The notes below the pieces were generated by a model that was not told the origin of the DNA, made no database searches, and was given only the letters and a program-made list of their open reading frames with translations. A stretch of 37,491 nt of DNA from a virus (taxonomy: Duplodnaviria > Caudoviricetes): positions 1 to 37,491 of IMG/VR virus record IMGVR_UViG_3300045837_000178; one strand, 5' to 3'. A program made the position numbers and the translations under genes. Positions 8,198-17,703 of the stretch are shown piece after piece. Position 1 is the first letter of the stretch; each line of letters opens with the position of its first letter.

Positions 8198-8619
8198 CGA
8201 CCGGCGATGACCTCCGCCGCGACACGATGCGCCCAGAGGCCGCAGGAGCCGATCTCCCGTCCGCGGGACACGAGACGCCGCCGGAGCCGCCGGAGGCCGC
8301 GAGCGACGCGGAGGACGCGCCGAGGACCCATCCTGGCGGCGAGCCGGAGGACGCGATCCAGCAGACCGCCCCGATCTTCCCGGCCGAGGTCGTCCTCTCC
8401 ATGCACGGCAACTGGCTGCAGCGGCTGCCGGGGGGCGGGATGCAGGTGAAGTTCGCCGCGCTCGTCATGACGCCCGCCGGCCCGCGCCCGCAGCTCCCCG
8501 CCTACGTGGTCGAGTTCAACGCGGACGGCTGGGAGAGGTTCAAGCGGGTGGTCGCCGCCGACGGCGACGTCCCGAGCGTCGAGCTTGCGACCCACCTGCC
8601 TCCGGGGGTCAGGGGCTGA
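8194..8619 (+). CDS. Hypothetical protein
   Basis: GTGA overlap; acidic, Pro-rich N-terminus and globular C-terminus. Confidence 0.6.
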   Translation: MTTGDDLRRDTMRPEAAGADLPSAGHETPPEPPEAASDAEDAPRTHPGGEPEDAIQQTAPIFPAEVVLSMHGNWLQRLPGGGMQVKFAALVMTPAGPRPQLPAYVVEFNADGWERFKRVVAADGDVPSVELATHLPPGVRG

Positions 8620-8897
8620 TGGGCCAGCTCGTCCCGTTCCCGCACCACATGTACTGCGGCTCGTGCGGTCGAGACCGGACGGTGGCCCCGTCCGCGGCTG
8701 ACCCGGGGCCGTGCGAGTGCGGGGCGACCCTGCGGACGAGTACGCCGCCGAACACGGCGACGCTCAGGGCCTGCGCCCGCGCGGTCGGGGGACTGACCGA
8801 GGTGTCGGTGGAGGTGACGAGGTTCACGGGGCAGGGGACGCCGACGGTGGTGGTCGGCGACCCGTCGCTGTGGCCTCCCCCGAACGCGGCGGCGTGA
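8619..8897 (+). CDS. Zn-ribbon hypothetical protein
   Basis: CGSC...CECG; TGATG coupling on both sides. Confidence 0.6.
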   Translation: MGQLVPFPHHMYCGSCGRDRTVAPSAADPGPCECGATLRTSTPPNTATLRACARAVGGLTEVSVEVTRFTGQGTPTVVVGDPSLWPPPNAAA

Positions 8898-9178
8898 TGG
8901 ACAGGATGTCGCCGGGCGAGTTCCGCGACGCCAGCTACCTGCAGGAGCTCAACCGGCGGTTCCTGCACCCGCTCGGCCTCGCCCTCGAGGTGGTCGTCGA
9001 CGAGGACGGAAGCGCCCGCTTCGGCGAGGTGTGGGACTGCCGCGACGACCCGGAGGGGATCGCGTTCCAGCCGGAGCTGCTCGACCGCGAGAAGGCGGAC
9101 TGCGTGACCCGGGAGACGTGGGAGCGGTGGGGTCCTCGCGTCGAGGCGCTCGGCTACCGCGTCCAGCCCGTCCCGTAG
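8897..9178 (+). CDS. Phage hypothetical protein
   Basis: YLQELNRRFLHPLGLALEV..WDCRDDPEG; translationally coupled. Confidence 0.7.
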   Translation: MDRMSPGEFRDASYLQELNRRFLHPLGLALEVVVDEDGSARFGEVWDCRDDPEGIAFQPELLDREKADCVTRETWERWGPRVEALGYRVQPVP

Positions 9179-9240
9179 CGCGCGGTACCCTCGCGGCACT
9201 CACACCTCTTCTCGTTCCTCTCACCGGAAGGAGGCCCAAG

Positions 9241-9552
9241 ATGGGCCAGTTCGTAATCGTCATCAGCGGCACCGGCAACCACGGCTGCGAGCGCGCGGTC
9301 GGCGACGGAGACCACGTCCTCGGCTGCCAGCGCCCTGACTGCGTCGACTGCATCAGCCGCGAGGTCGTTCGGCGCCTGAAGCGGAACGGCGTCGCGTCGC
9401 TCGACGCGAAGCTCGTGCACTGGCCGGAGCGCGCCGCCGAGGCACAGGTACCCGCCTCGCACGGCGTGGTCGAGGTCACCCCGTACGCGCTCGTGCGGCG
9501 CGGACAGGTCGTCGACGACCTCGTCAACGGAGTCCGCTCGGGCTCCTTCTAG
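9241..9552 (+). CDS. Cys-containing hypothetical protein
   Basis: RBS AAGGAGG; HGC..GC...CVDC; promoter-like TACCCT 9186-9191. Confidence 0.7.
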   Translation: MGQFVIVISGTGNHGCERAVGDGDHVLGCQRPDCVDCISREVVRRLKRNGVASLDAKLVHWPERAAEAQVPASHGVVEVTPYALVRRGQVVDDLVNGVRSGSF

Positions 9553-9558
9553 GAGGAC

Positions 9559-10245
9559 ATGGGCTCGACCTGCCTCGTCCTCGCGCCCGTCCTGGGTCGC
9601 CCCGGCCGCGCCGCCGCGCTCGCGGCGAGCGTCCGCCGGGGCGACCCGCGCTGCGAGCTGCTCTTCCTCTGCAGCCCCGACGACGACGACGAGATCGCCG
9701 CCTGCCGGCGCGTCGCCTGGACGACCGTCGTCCCCTGGTCGCCAGACGAGGGCGGCGACTGGGCCAGGAAGTGCAACCTCGGCTACGAGCTCGCCCGCCA
9801 GCACGGGTTCGAGTGGGCGCTGCTCGGCGCCGACGACCTCGCCTTCCACCCCGGATGGCTCGACGCCGCCCTTCGCGCCCACGGGCGGACCCGCGCCTGC
9901 GTCGTCGGCACGAACGACCTCGGCAACCCGCGCGTCACGGCCGGCCAGCACTCGACCCACCCGCTCGTCCACGCCGACTACATCGGCTGCGGCGGCTCCG
10001 CCGACGACCCGAGCAAGCTCCTGCCGACCTGCTACGGACACTGGTTCGTCGACGACGAGTTCGTGGGCCAGGCGCGCGCGCGCCGCACCTACGTCCACGC
10101 GTTCGAGTCCTACGTCGAGCACCTCCACCCGGACTGGGAGAAGAGCGAGCAGGACGACACCTACCGGCGCGGCCAGGCGACGATCGCGGAGGACCGGGCG
10201 CTGTTCGCGGAGCGCCGCCGCCTGTGGGATCCGCGCGCGGCCTAG
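9559..10245 (+). CDS. GT-A fold glycosyltransferase
   Basis: LGADD (DxD-like), VGTNDL, HWFVDDE, VEHLHP; RBS AGGAGG. Confidence 0.75.
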   Translation: MGSTCLVLAPVLGRPGRAAALAASVRRGDPRCELLFLCSPDDDDEIAACRRVAWTTVVPWSPDEGGDWARKCNLGYELARQHGFEWALLGADDLAFHPGWLDAALRAHGRTRACVVGTNDLGNPRVTAGQHSTHPLVHADYIGCGGSADDPSKLLPTCYGHWFVDDEFVGQARARRTYVHAFESYVEHLHPDWEKSEQDDTYRRGQATIAEDRALFAERRRLWDPRAA

Positions 10246-10283
10246 ACCTAGCGACGTCCACCGCGTAAGCTACGGTCGTAGCG

Positions 10284-10487
10284 ATGGCCGAGCTTCCCGC
10301 CGACCCGGTGCAGCGCCTCGAGTCTCTCCGTCGCCGTGTAGTGACCGCGGGCGACGACTCGGCGCTCGGGGAGTGGATGCGCGAGGTCGAGGAGCAGATC
10401 GCGTCTCTGCGGCAGGGTCTTGACGCGACGTACGAGATCGCTGCGCGGGCGGACGCCGACGCCTTCGCGATGAGGCCTCTCGGGTGA
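10284..10487 (+). CDS. Small hypothetical protein (leaderless)
   Basis: ATG 7 nt after TACGGT 10271-10276. Confidence 0.55.
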   Translation: MAELPADPVQRLESLRRRVVTAGDDSALGEWMREVEEQIASLRQGLDATYEIAARADADAFAMRPLG

Positions 10488-10864
10488 CCGTGAGCGGTAT
10501 CCCGGAGGTCATCCTCGCCGCCCGCTGCCCCGAGCACGGGCTGCACGGCGAGCGCACCACCTGCTTCGAGTGCGGCGGACCCGTCGAGCAGGTCCCGATG
10601 GTCCGCCTCGCCGACGTCGGCGACAGCCTGTTCGAGATGGTCGAGCTGCGCCGGGAGATCCGCCGGCAAGACGAGAAGCACGGCCCCTTCGAGGGGACGC
10701 GGCTAGGCCGGTCGAGACTCGCGGTCGCCTGCCTCGAGGACGAGGTCAGGGAGACCGCCGAGGCGTGGCGCGAGGAGCGAGGCGTCCCCGGATGGCCGAA
10801 GACGCGGGCCGAGGTCATCCAGGTGGCTGCGGTAGCGATCCGCGCCGTGAGGGACGCTCTATGA
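10484..10864 (+). CDS. Zn-ribbon plus MazG-like NTP pyrophosphohydrolase
   Basis: CPEHG..CFECG, then EIRRQDEKHG..LEDEVRETAEA..RAEVIQVAAVA (all-alpha NTP-PPase pattern). Confidence 0.6.
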   Translation: MTVSGIPEVILAARCPEHGLHGERTTCFECGGPVEQVPMVRLADVGDSLFEMVELRREIRRQDEKHGPFEGTRLGRSRLAVACLEDEVRETAEAWREERGVPGWPKTRAEVIQVAAVAIRAVRDAL

Positions 10865-10880
10865 CGACAAGGAGGACGCG

Positions 10881-11153
10881 ATGAGGACGTGGATGGTGCT
10901 GGCGAGCTACGACGATGCCCGGGAACAGATGGAGCCGCGCCTCGGCGGCCACGAGTCGCTCGAGCGCGTGACCTCGTTCACGTCCGGGGACGGCGACAAG
11001 CCCCTCTTGGGCGACCTGGAGGAGGCGCTCAGCGGCTACGGCTTCGCGGACTCGCAGGAGCTGCTGCTCGTCCCGCTCGACGGGGGCTACTCGGTGACCG
11101 TACGCACGAAGTCGACGGTCGACGTCCTGAGTTCGGGGAACTGGGTGCATTGA
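10881..11153 (+). CDS. Hypothetical protein
   Basis: RBS AAGGAGG; 90 aa. Confidence 0.65.
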   Translation: MRTWMVLASYDDAREQMEPRLGGHESLERVTSFTSGDGDKPLLGDLEEALSGYGFADSQELLLVPLDGGYSVTVRTKSTVDVLSSGNWVH

Positions 11154-11455
11154 GCGTCTGGCTCCCTCCGCTCCTCGGCGTCGCGCTCGCCGCCCACTCG
11201 CTCGTCTACACGGTGCTGTTCAAGCCGTGGCGGGCGAAGCGGCTCGCCTACTTCCTGCTGCGCCACTGGTCGTGGTATCGCCGCTGGCACATCCGGTGGT
11301 TCTTCGTGCGTCCGATGCGCCAGCTCGCCCGCGCGTTCGGGCAGGCGCTCGCGCCGGCGATGCGGAAGGCGGCGGAGAGCATGGCCGCGCTCGGCGCGTC
11401 GCTCGACACGCCCGAGCTGCGGGCCGCGCTCGCGGAGGCCGAGTCTCGTGGCTGA
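11150..11455 (+). CDS. Small membrane protein
   Basis: TTGA overlap; hydrophobic N-terminus. Confidence 0.55.
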   Translation: MSVWLPPLLGVALAAHSLVYTVLFKPWRAKRLAYFLLRHWSWYRRWHIRWFFVRPMRQLARAFGQALAPAMRKAAESMAALGASLDTPELRAALAEAESRG

Positions 11456-11666
11456 CGGGGAACGCCGCAGGGTCGCCACGCTCGAGGACGCGATCCAGCT
11501 CCGCGCCGACTACTACGAGTACGGCTCGGCGTTCGTCGACGCCGACGGCCGCCGGATCGCGCCCGACCTCGTCGTGGTGACCCGGGAGGGGGCGACGACG
11601 ACGGAGGACGGCGCGCCCGCGTACCGGCCGGAGCCGCTGAACCTCGCCGAGGAAGATGGACGCTGA
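11448..11666 (+). CDS. Hypothetical protein
   Basis: GGAGG RBS; overlaps both neighbours. Confidence 0.55.
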   Translation: MADGERRRVATLEDAIQLRADYYEYGSAFVDADGRRIAPDLVVVTREGATTTEDGAPAYRPEPLNLAEEDGR

Positions 11667-12147
11667 CGCGCCCGCACGCGCCTCGCTTGTCGAGCGGGGC
11701 CTAGCGCAGCGCCGCGACGAGCAGGCCTACCGCGACAACCTGCTCGCCTCGGGCATCGCGCAGGCCAAGAAGGATCTCCGCCGCAGCTTCGTGTTCCGCT
11801 TCTACCACGACACGATGACCGACACGCACCGCAGCGCCGTCTACCACCGGTTCGGGCCGGACAGCCCCGACCCGCTCATCGAGCCGGTGGCCGAGCCCGG
11901 CTGGATGGGAGGACAGTACCGGTACGTCCCGTGGGAGTGGGAGTGGGACGGCCTCCGCTGGCGCGCCGAGTGGGACTACCGGCACGGGGGCTGGGACCTC
12001 ACCTTCTACGTCTGGGCGAAGATCGACCGTGAGCGCCAGCCTCGCCGACTCCGCGACAGGTGGCTGCGTCGGCTCAGGATCGCGCTCGGCGGCAAGGAGT
12101 GGCGCGAGGTCAATAGCCCCGGCAGCATCGCGGACCTCGTCGCATGA
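11656..12147 (+). CDS. Trp-rich hypothetical protein
   Basis: 163 aa, good codon usage. Confidence 0.65.
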   Translation: MDADAPARASLVERGLAQRRDEQAYRDNLLASGIAQAKKDLRRSFVFRFYHDTMTDTHRSAVYHRFGPDSPDPLIEPVAEPGWMGGQYRYVPWEWEWDGLRWRAEWDYRHGGWDLTFYVWAKIDRERQPRRLRDRWLRRLRIALGGKEWREVNSPGSIADLVA

Positions 12148-12338
12148 CCCCCGTCCTCCAGGCGGTCTGCGTCGGGTGCTGGAACGAGCGCTACCCCGAC
12201 GACCCGAAGACGAACATCGCGACGCTCGTCCTCCCGCAGCCGGAGACCTGCTGCTATTGCGGCGAGGAGGCGACGAGCGGCCTGTACGAGGCTGTCGACC
12301 CCGACGCCGTCCCTCACTTCACGGACCTGCCGCTGTGA
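12144..12338 (+). CDS. Small Zn-finger-like protein
   Basis: CVGC...CCYCG; ATGA overlap. Confidence 0.6.
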   Translation: MTPVLQAVCVGCWNERYPDDPKTNIATLVLPQPETCCYCGEEATSGLYEAVDPDAVPHFTDLPL

Positions 12339-12502
12339 GCTCGTTCGGCAGTCCCGGCGAGGTACTCGAGTTCGCGCGCGAGCTGATCGAGCGCGGCCAC
12401 ACCGACGACGAGGCCCTCTACGCGGCCTCGCGCGTCTTCCGTCTGACCTCCGCGGAGCTGAACGAGATCCGGCGCGCGCTGAAGGAGGACCGGCTTGGCT
12501 GA
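12335..12502 (+). CDS. Small hypothetical protein
   Basis: GTGA overlap; MSSFGSPGEVLEFARELIERG... Confidence 0.5.
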   Translation: MSSFGSPGEVLEFARELIERGHTDDEALYAASRVFRLTSAELNEIRRALKEDRLG

Positions 12503-12668
12503 GGCCGTCTTCGTGTTCGCGTGGGGCAACAACGAGCGTCGGCGCGAGCTCAAGGGACGCCGCTGCCGGAAGGTCGCGCGCGGCGCGAAGGGTACGGTCA
12601 TGGTCGAGTTCCTCGACACGGGCGAGCGCGTGACCTGCTCGTTCCGGGCGCTCAGGCGGGCAGCGTGA
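12495..12668 (+). CDS. Small beta-rich hypothetical protein (absent from the ORF track)
   Basis: RBS AAGGAGG then TTG; MAEAVFVFAWGNNERRRELKGRRCRKVARGAKGTVMVEFLDTGERVTCSFRALRRAA. Confidence 0.6.
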   Translation: MAEAVFVFAWGNNERRRELKGRRCRKVARGAKGTVMVEFLDTGERVTCSFRALRRAA

Positions 12669-13105
12669 GGGACAAGCAGAAGACCGTCTACTACTGCGAC
12701 CACTGCGGCGCCTACCGGCTCGTCCGGTCGGCGATGGAGAAGCACGAGGCGACCTGCACGAGGAACCCGCAGCGCCTCTGCCGGTGGCGCATCGACGGCC
12801 ACTCCGACGGCTCCGCGGTGATCGACATCGCCCCGCTCGCCGCCGAGCTGCGCGCCCGCGCGGTCGCCTACCCGCTCAGCTCGGACCCCGAGTCGCCGGA
12901 GCGGACGTACCTGGAGAAGGACGACGTCGACTGGCTCCACGACGAGGTCGCCGGCTGCCCGGCCTGCATGCTCGCTGCGCTGCGCCAGAGCGGCGTCGAC
13001 GAATGGCACCTCGACCGCCGCGGCCGGACGATCTTCTCCTACGAGCAGCAGGTCGAGGCGATCCGCGACGAGGAGCGGCGCGCGGCTAGCGAGGATCTCT
13101 GGTGA
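12665..13105 (+). CDS. Zn-binding phage hypothetical protein
   Basis: YYCDHCG..KHEATC.RNP..GCPACMLAALRQ; GTGA overlap. Confidence 0.7.
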   Translation: MRDKQKTVYYCDHCGAYRLVRSAMEKHEATCTRNPQRLCRWRIDGHSDGSAVIDIAPLAAELRARAVAYPLSSDPESPERTYLEKDDVDWLHDEVAGCPACMLAALRQSGVDEWHLDRRGRTIFSYEQQVEAIRDEERRAASEDLW

Positions 13106-13806
13106 ACGTCGCGATCGTCATCGCGACCTGCGGCGACGAAGAGTGGGCCGACCTCGCCTGGTCGCGCGCCTACCCCTCCGCGCGCGGCCAGGCCGGGATC
13201 CTCGACGCGGCACAGGTCGTGATCGAGCACTACCCGCGCCTCGACGTCGCGCAGGCCCGGAACGCTGCCGCCCGCCACTCCGACCGCGACTGGCTCTGCT
13301 TCCTCGACGCCGACGACGAGCTCGAGGCCGACTACCTCTACCACATGGACCTCGCTCGGGGGTGGATGGGCCAGAACGACGACGAGCCGCCGCCCGAGGA
13401 CTGGGACCCGGCACCGCTGCTCGTGCCGGCCGTCCGCTACGTCCAGCACACGGCGGGGGAGCTGATGCGGAGGATGATCGCCCGCGCGCCAGCGGCGATC
13501 CCGAACCAGGGCCGCTGGCCCGAGGTCAGCGAGTGCGTCGTCGGGACGCTCGTCAAGGCCGACCTGTTCTGGCGGCTCGGCGGGTTCCGCTCGAGGACCT
13601 GGGACGGGACGCCGCTCTCGATCTACGAGGACTACGATCTCTTCCTGCGCGCCCACGATCACGGCTCCCGCCTCGTCCACGTCCCGCAGGCCGTCTACCG
13701 CGCCCACGTGCGCCGCGGCGGCCGCAACGCCGGCCCGGACGCGAAGGGCGTCTACGACGCGATCTGGCGCGAGCACGTGGTTCGTACGGGAGCTACCGCG
13801 CGATGA
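13102..13806 (+). CDS. Glycosyltransferase family 2
   Basis: ARNAAA, FLDADDEL, LGGF, EDYDLFLR. Confidence 0.85.
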   Translation: MNVAIVIATCGDEEWADLAWSRAYPSARGQAGILDAAQVVIEHYPRLDVAQARNAAARHSDRDWLCFLDADDELEADYLYHMDLARGWMGQNDDEPPPEDWDPAPLLVPAVRYVQHTAGELMRRMIARAPAAIPNQGRWPEVSECVVGTLVKADLFWRLGGFRSRTWDGTPLSIYEDYDLFLRAHDHGSRLVHVPQAVYRAHVRRGGRNAGPDAKGVYDAIWREHVVRTGATAR

Positions 13807-14063
13807 TCGACGAGAAGTGCTGCGCCGTGATCCGCTGCGAGTGCTGCGGAACGAACGGACAGCAAGGCCGCGCCGTCTCGGTTACGTTCTCGCGAACCAC
13901 GGACTGCCGCGCGATCTGCGAGTTCTGCCAAGGCCTAATCGACGCGGGGTTGATTCGCGAGGAATGGATCGATGGTGAGCGTCGTTTCCGTCAGTGGCAC
14001 ATGGGCGAGTGGACGCCCGGCGAGCTCCTCCCCAGACCCTCGATGGGCGACTCGCCGCGATGA
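13803..14063 (+). CDS. Cys-rich hypothetical protein (lower GC)
   Basis: CECCG..CEFC; ATGA overlaps at both ends. Confidence 0.55.
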   Translation: MIDEKCCAVIRCECCGTNGQQGRAVSVTFSRTTDCRAICEFCQGLIDAGLIREEWIDGERRFRQWHMGEWTPGELLPRPSMGDSPR

Positions 14064-14536
14064 ATCGCGACGAGCTGCTCGAGGCCTGCTTCGGCACCGC
14101 GGCCCTCGCGCCGCCGCGCAAGTGGCTGTCGCTGACCGTCGCCGACGACGACAACCCGCATCTCGTCCACGTCCGCGCCGTCGTCGGCCTCGACTACCGC
14201 CGCGTCCTCCTCCGCCACTCCTTTGCGCCCGGCGCCGGCGTCGGCGAGGTCGGCACGATGCTCCCCGTCGCCGCGCTCGCCCACCTCTGCGTCGACCCCG
14301 ACCACCGCGGCCAGGGGTACGCCCGCGCCCTAGTCGAGTCCGCGCTCGAGGAGGCCGCGTCGCACCGAACGATCCAGCACGCGACCCTCGTCTCGCCCCC
14401 CGACGCGGTCGCCTTCTTCGAGCGGTTCGGCTTCGAGCACCCCGAGCTCGCCCCCGACGACTTCCTAGCGCGCCCCCTCCGCGACGGCGATCAGTGGCCG
14501 CCCGGATCGGTGCGTCTGATCGGCCGCGGCTGGTAG
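14060..14536 (+). CDS. GNAT family N-acetyltransferase
   Basis: LCVDPDHRGQGYARAL (motif A), FFERFGF (motif B). Confidence 0.88.
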   Translation: MNRDELLEACFGTAALAPPRKWLSLTVADDDNPHLVHVRAVVGLDYRRVLLRHSFAPGAGVGEVGTMLPVAALAHLCVDPDHRGQGYARALVESALEEAASHRTIQHATLVSPPDAVAFFERFGFEHPELAPDDFLARPLRDGDQWPPGSVRLIGRGW

Positions 14537-14585
14537 CCGCGGAGACCTGGATTCCGACCGGCCGAAACGGTACGCTCGTAGCCTA

Positions 14586-15314
14586 ATGGTCGCCCCGATC
14601 GAGGCCGAGGAGCAGGCCCCCCGCGAGGCGGAACTCCGCCTCGTCCCCGACCGGCTCGAGTACCGGCTCGCCGTCCTCACGCACGGGCGCGGCTCGACCC
14701 TCGACGAGACGATCGACGCCTTCTACCGGCACGCTCGGCCCGCGCCGTCGAGCGCGTTCCTGTTCGTCGACGACTCCTGGCCGAGCCGCCGCGAGGAGCT
14801 GCGCCGCCAGGTGATCCGGATGGGCGCGAACAAGACGGAGTCGTTCCACGCGCGCGGCTTCTGCGCCGCCACCGGGACGCTGTGGCGGTGGGCGTCCCAG
14901 CCCGGCCCCGACTACGTCGTCTGGCTCGAGCACGACCACGTCCTCGAGCGCCCCGTCGACCTCGCCGCGATCGCCGTCGCCCTCGACTCCGACCCCCGTC
15001 TCGCACAGATCGCGCTGATGCGCGACCCCGTGAACCCGGGCGAGGTCGCCGCCGGCGGGCTGTTCGAGCTGCGGGAAGGGCGCGAGCGGTGGGAGCGGCA
15101 CGCCTGGGGGTTCGTCCACCGCGACTACTTCACGACGAACGTGAGCATGATGCGGCGCGAGTTCATGGAGCGGAACCCGTGGCCTCGCTACCCGTCGGAG
15201 TGCGAGGGCAGGTTCGGCCTCGACCTCGTCGAGCGCGGCTACCGGTTTGGGGTGTGGGGCGACGGGTCGCCGTGGACGCGGCACATCGGCATCAGGACGG
15301 GGATGGGCTACTGA
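14586..15314 (+). CDS. GT-A fold glycosyltransferase
   Basis: FVDD, GFCAA, VWLEHDH, FTTN, terminal RHIG. Confidence 0.7.
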   Translation: MVAPIEAEEQAPREAELRLVPDRLEYRLAVLTHGRGSTLDETIDAFYRHARPAPSSAFLFVDDSWPSRREELRRQVIRMGANKTESFHARGFCAATGTLWRWASQPGPDYVVWLEHDHVLERPVDLAAIAVALDSDPRLAQIALMRDPVNPGEVAAGGLFELREGRERWERHAWGFVHRDYFTTNVSMMRREFMERNPWPRYPSECEGRFGLDLVERGYRFGVWGDGSPWTRHIGIRTGMGY

Positions 15315-15592
15315 TGCAGGCGGACCGCGCCATGCGAGCAGTGGCCCGCCGCGTTCATGGTCGGCTACGGGGTCGGGAGGCGTTGGCTGCGAACGAGCGC
15401 TACGTCGCCAAGCTCTACGGCTCGGAGCCGGAGACCCGATGGTTCCACCGGCACCTCCTCCGCCGTCGCGTCCGGTGGGTCCTCATCCACGCTGGGCCCT
15501 GCGACAGTTTCGACCTGGAGCTCAACCTGAATCAGATCAGCAACGCGACCTTCGTGCTGCGCGACCCCTTCGAGGACTTGGCCCGTGGCTGA
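15314..15592 (+). CDS. Hypothetical protein
   Basis: TGATG coupling; 92 aa. Confidence 0.45.
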   Translation: MQADRAMRAVARRVHGRLRGREALAANERYVAKLYGSEPETRWFHRHLLRRRVRWVLIHAGPCDSFDLELNLNQISNATFVLRDPFEDLARG

Positions 15593-15791
15593 ATCTCGCG
15601 AGGTTCCCGTTCTTCGCTGCACCGAGTGCGGCGGCGCGCCCTCGCTGACCTGCGAGGAGTGCGTCTACGGCGGGGCGTGGCTCGCCCCGCAGGGCGACGG
15701 AACGCTTCGATGCAACCACTGCGGCCACGTCCAGTCGGCGCTGTGCTCGTGCCCCAAGCCAAACTTCAGCTACGAGGCGGCATCTTGCTAG
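15585..15791 (+). CDS. Small multi-CxxC Zn-ribbon protein
   Basis: CTECG, CEEC, CNHCG, CSC. Confidence 0.55.
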   Translation: MAESREVPVLRCTECGGAPSLTCEECVYGGAWLAPQGDGTLRCNHCGHVQSALCSCPKPNFSYEAASC

Positions 15792-16169
15792 GCCTCTACC
15801 TGCTCGCGACGCACCTCGTCGGCGACGTCGTCCTGCAGACGCGATGGCAGGCCGAGCTGAAGTTCAAGATCGCCGCCTACCGCGCCCGCCACGTCCTCAC
15901 CTACTCGCTCGTGTTCGTCCCGATCGCCGTCGTCTACGCGTCGTCGGCCGCCCGGGCGGCGGCGTTCACGGGCCTCCTCGCGCTGCTGCACTTCGCGACG
16001 GACTCGCGGAGGTTCCGGTCGACGCTCGGCGACGTCCTCGAGTGGCACCTCGACCCGGGCTGGTCGGGACGGTGCCCGCCGAACGAGTGGCCCCCCGATC
16101 GGGATCCTGATCGACCAGACCCTCCACGTCGTCCAGCTCGCCCTGCTCGGCGGCCTCCTCCTGACATGA
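15785..16169 (+). pseudogene. DUF3307-like membrane protein with +1 frameshift at C6 run 16091-16096
   Basis: HLVGDVVLQ, HVLTY and HFATD in one frame; IDQTLHVVQL..TGA 16167-16169 in the +1 frame. Confidence 0.75.
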
Positions 16170-16345
16170 GCCACCGCGAAGACTTCGAGCGGGCCTGCGC
16201 GCTGGCGGAGGAGATCGCCCGCGCCGACGAGAGCCAAGATTCGGGGCTATACGAGTACATCTGGGAGCACCTGGGCGACGCGCTCCAGGACGTGAAGGTG
16301 CTGATCCGAGGACTCCACGCGGCGAGGGAGATGCTCAAGTCGTGA
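16166..16345 (+). CDS. Small hypothetical protein
   Basis: ATGA overlap; MSHREDFERAC... Confidence 0.6.
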   Translation: MSHREDFERACALAEEIARADESQDSGLYEYIWEHLGDALQDVKVLIRGLHAAREMLKS

Positions 16346-17034
16346 CGTTCTCGCCCGAGATGTACGACCAGATCCGGGAGGGCTGCCAGCGGAGCGCCGC
16401 CGCGGTCGTCCCGGTCGTCTGGAAGATCGTGCGGCCGTCGAGCGTCGTCGACGTCGGCGGCGGCGAGGGATGGTGGGGACGCGAGTTCGCCGAGCTCGGC
16501 GCGGTCGTGGACGTCCTCGACGAGACCGCCGAGGACACGTCGCAGCCGGTCGGCCAGCACGGAGGCTGGATCCAGTTCCACCGCAAGACCCTCGGCCGGC
16601 CGCTCGCGCGCCCCGACAACCAGTACGACCTCGCCGTCTGCCTCGAGGTCGCCGAGCACCTCCCCGAGGAGCAGGCCCACGTCCTGGTCGAGTCGCTCGT
16701 CAACCTCGCGCCGGTCGTGCTGTTCTCGGCCGCGATCCCCGGGCAGGGAGGCCACGGCCACCTGAACGAGCAGTGGCCCGGCTACTGGTACGGCTTCTTC
16801 GCGCGACTCGGCTACACGGTGGCCGACCTCCTCCGCCGCGAGATCTGGAATGACGCGCGCGTCGAGCCGTGGTACCGGCAGAACCTGCTCTTCTTCGCGC
16901 GGGTCGGCCATCCCTTGCTTGCGGGACTGCGCTGGGACGAGATGCAGGCGCTCCCGCTGGTACACCCGACGGTCTACGAGTGGCGGATCGCCGAGCGCGA
17001 CGAGGCGCGCTCCGCCGCGGCGGAGGCCTCGTGA
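16342..17034 (+). CDS. Class I SAM-dependent methyltransferase (type usually found in glycan loci)
   Basis: VVDVGGGEG, DLAVCLEVAEHL, LFSAAIPGQGGHGHLNEQ, WYRQN. Confidence 0.9.
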   Translation: MTFSPEMYDQIREGCQRSAAAVVPVVWKIVRPSSVVDVGGGEGWWGREFAELGAVVDVLDETAEDTSQPVGQHGGWIQFHRKTLGRPLARPDNQYDLAVCLEVAEHLPEEQAHVLVESLVNLAPVVLFSAAIPGQGGHGHLNEQWPGYWYGFFARLGYTVADLLRREIWNDARVEPWYRQNLLFFARVGHPLLAGLRWDEMQALPLVHPTVYEWRIAERDEARSAAAEAS

Positions 17035-17414
17035 CCCTCGACCGGTTCACGCTACGGCCCGAGCACGTCGCGCTGCTGCGCGCCGCCTACGTCTCGTGGG
17101 GATACGACGAGTACGGGGCGCCCGCGATCGACCCGAAGCGGCCGTACGGAAACTCGCACGTAGTCCGCGACATCCACGAGATCCTCCACCCGGACGAGCC
17201 GTGGGACGACGACCACGGCCTTCCCGCCGGCCTGTCGCCCGACGAGTGGGCGGCGCGCGTCGAGGAGTACGAGCGTCTCCACCGCGAGACCGAGACCGCG
17301 CTGCAGGTCGTGCTTCGCGTCGGGTTCGAGCCGGGCGAGTACGTCAGCGAGCGGTACTTCAGCGCGTGGCGCGTCCCCACCGTCGTCGAGCGGAACGCGC
17401 CGAGGTACTCGTGA
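17031..17414 (+). CDS. Phage hypothetical protein
   Basis: GAPAIDPKRPYGNS..LHRETETALQVVL; GTGA overlap. Confidence 0.75.
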   Translation: MTLDRFTLRPEHVALLRAAYVSWGYDEYGAPAIDPKRPYGNSHVVRDIHEILHPDEPWDDDHGLPAGLSPDEWAARVEEYERLHRETETALQVVLRVGFEPGEYVSERYFSAWRVPTVVERNAPRYS

Positions 17415-17536
17415 TCGCGCGCTACCCCGGCCGGTGCGGCTTCTGCCAGCGCCCCATCGAGGAGGGCGACGAGATCGTCCAGGTTGACGACGAGTGGGTC
17501 CACGAGGCCTGCGCCGACGACGAGGAGGACGAGTGA
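17411..17536 (+). CDS. Tiny Zn-finger protein
   Basis: ARYPGRCGFC..I..GDEI..WVHEAC. Confidence 0.65.
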   Translation: MIARYPGRCGFCQRPIEEGDEIVQVDDEWVHEACADDEEDE

Positions 17537-17703
17537 AGGGACGGTACGACCCGACCGTCGAGGTGCCGGAGTGCGACTGCCTCCTCGCCCGCGACAAGCC
17601 GGGGCCGGAGGGGTGGCGGCCGTCGCCCGAGAGGCCGTACTCCCTTCACCGCCCGGACTGCCCGCGGCTGGCCGCGATCCACAGGAAGTACGGGCTGGCG
17701 TGA
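17533..17703 (+). CDS. Small hypothetical protein
   Basis: GTGA overlaps; CDC..H..DC. Confidence 0.5.
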   Translation: MKGRYDPTVEVPECDCLLARDKPGPEGWRPSPERPYSLHRPDCPRLAAIHRKYGLA

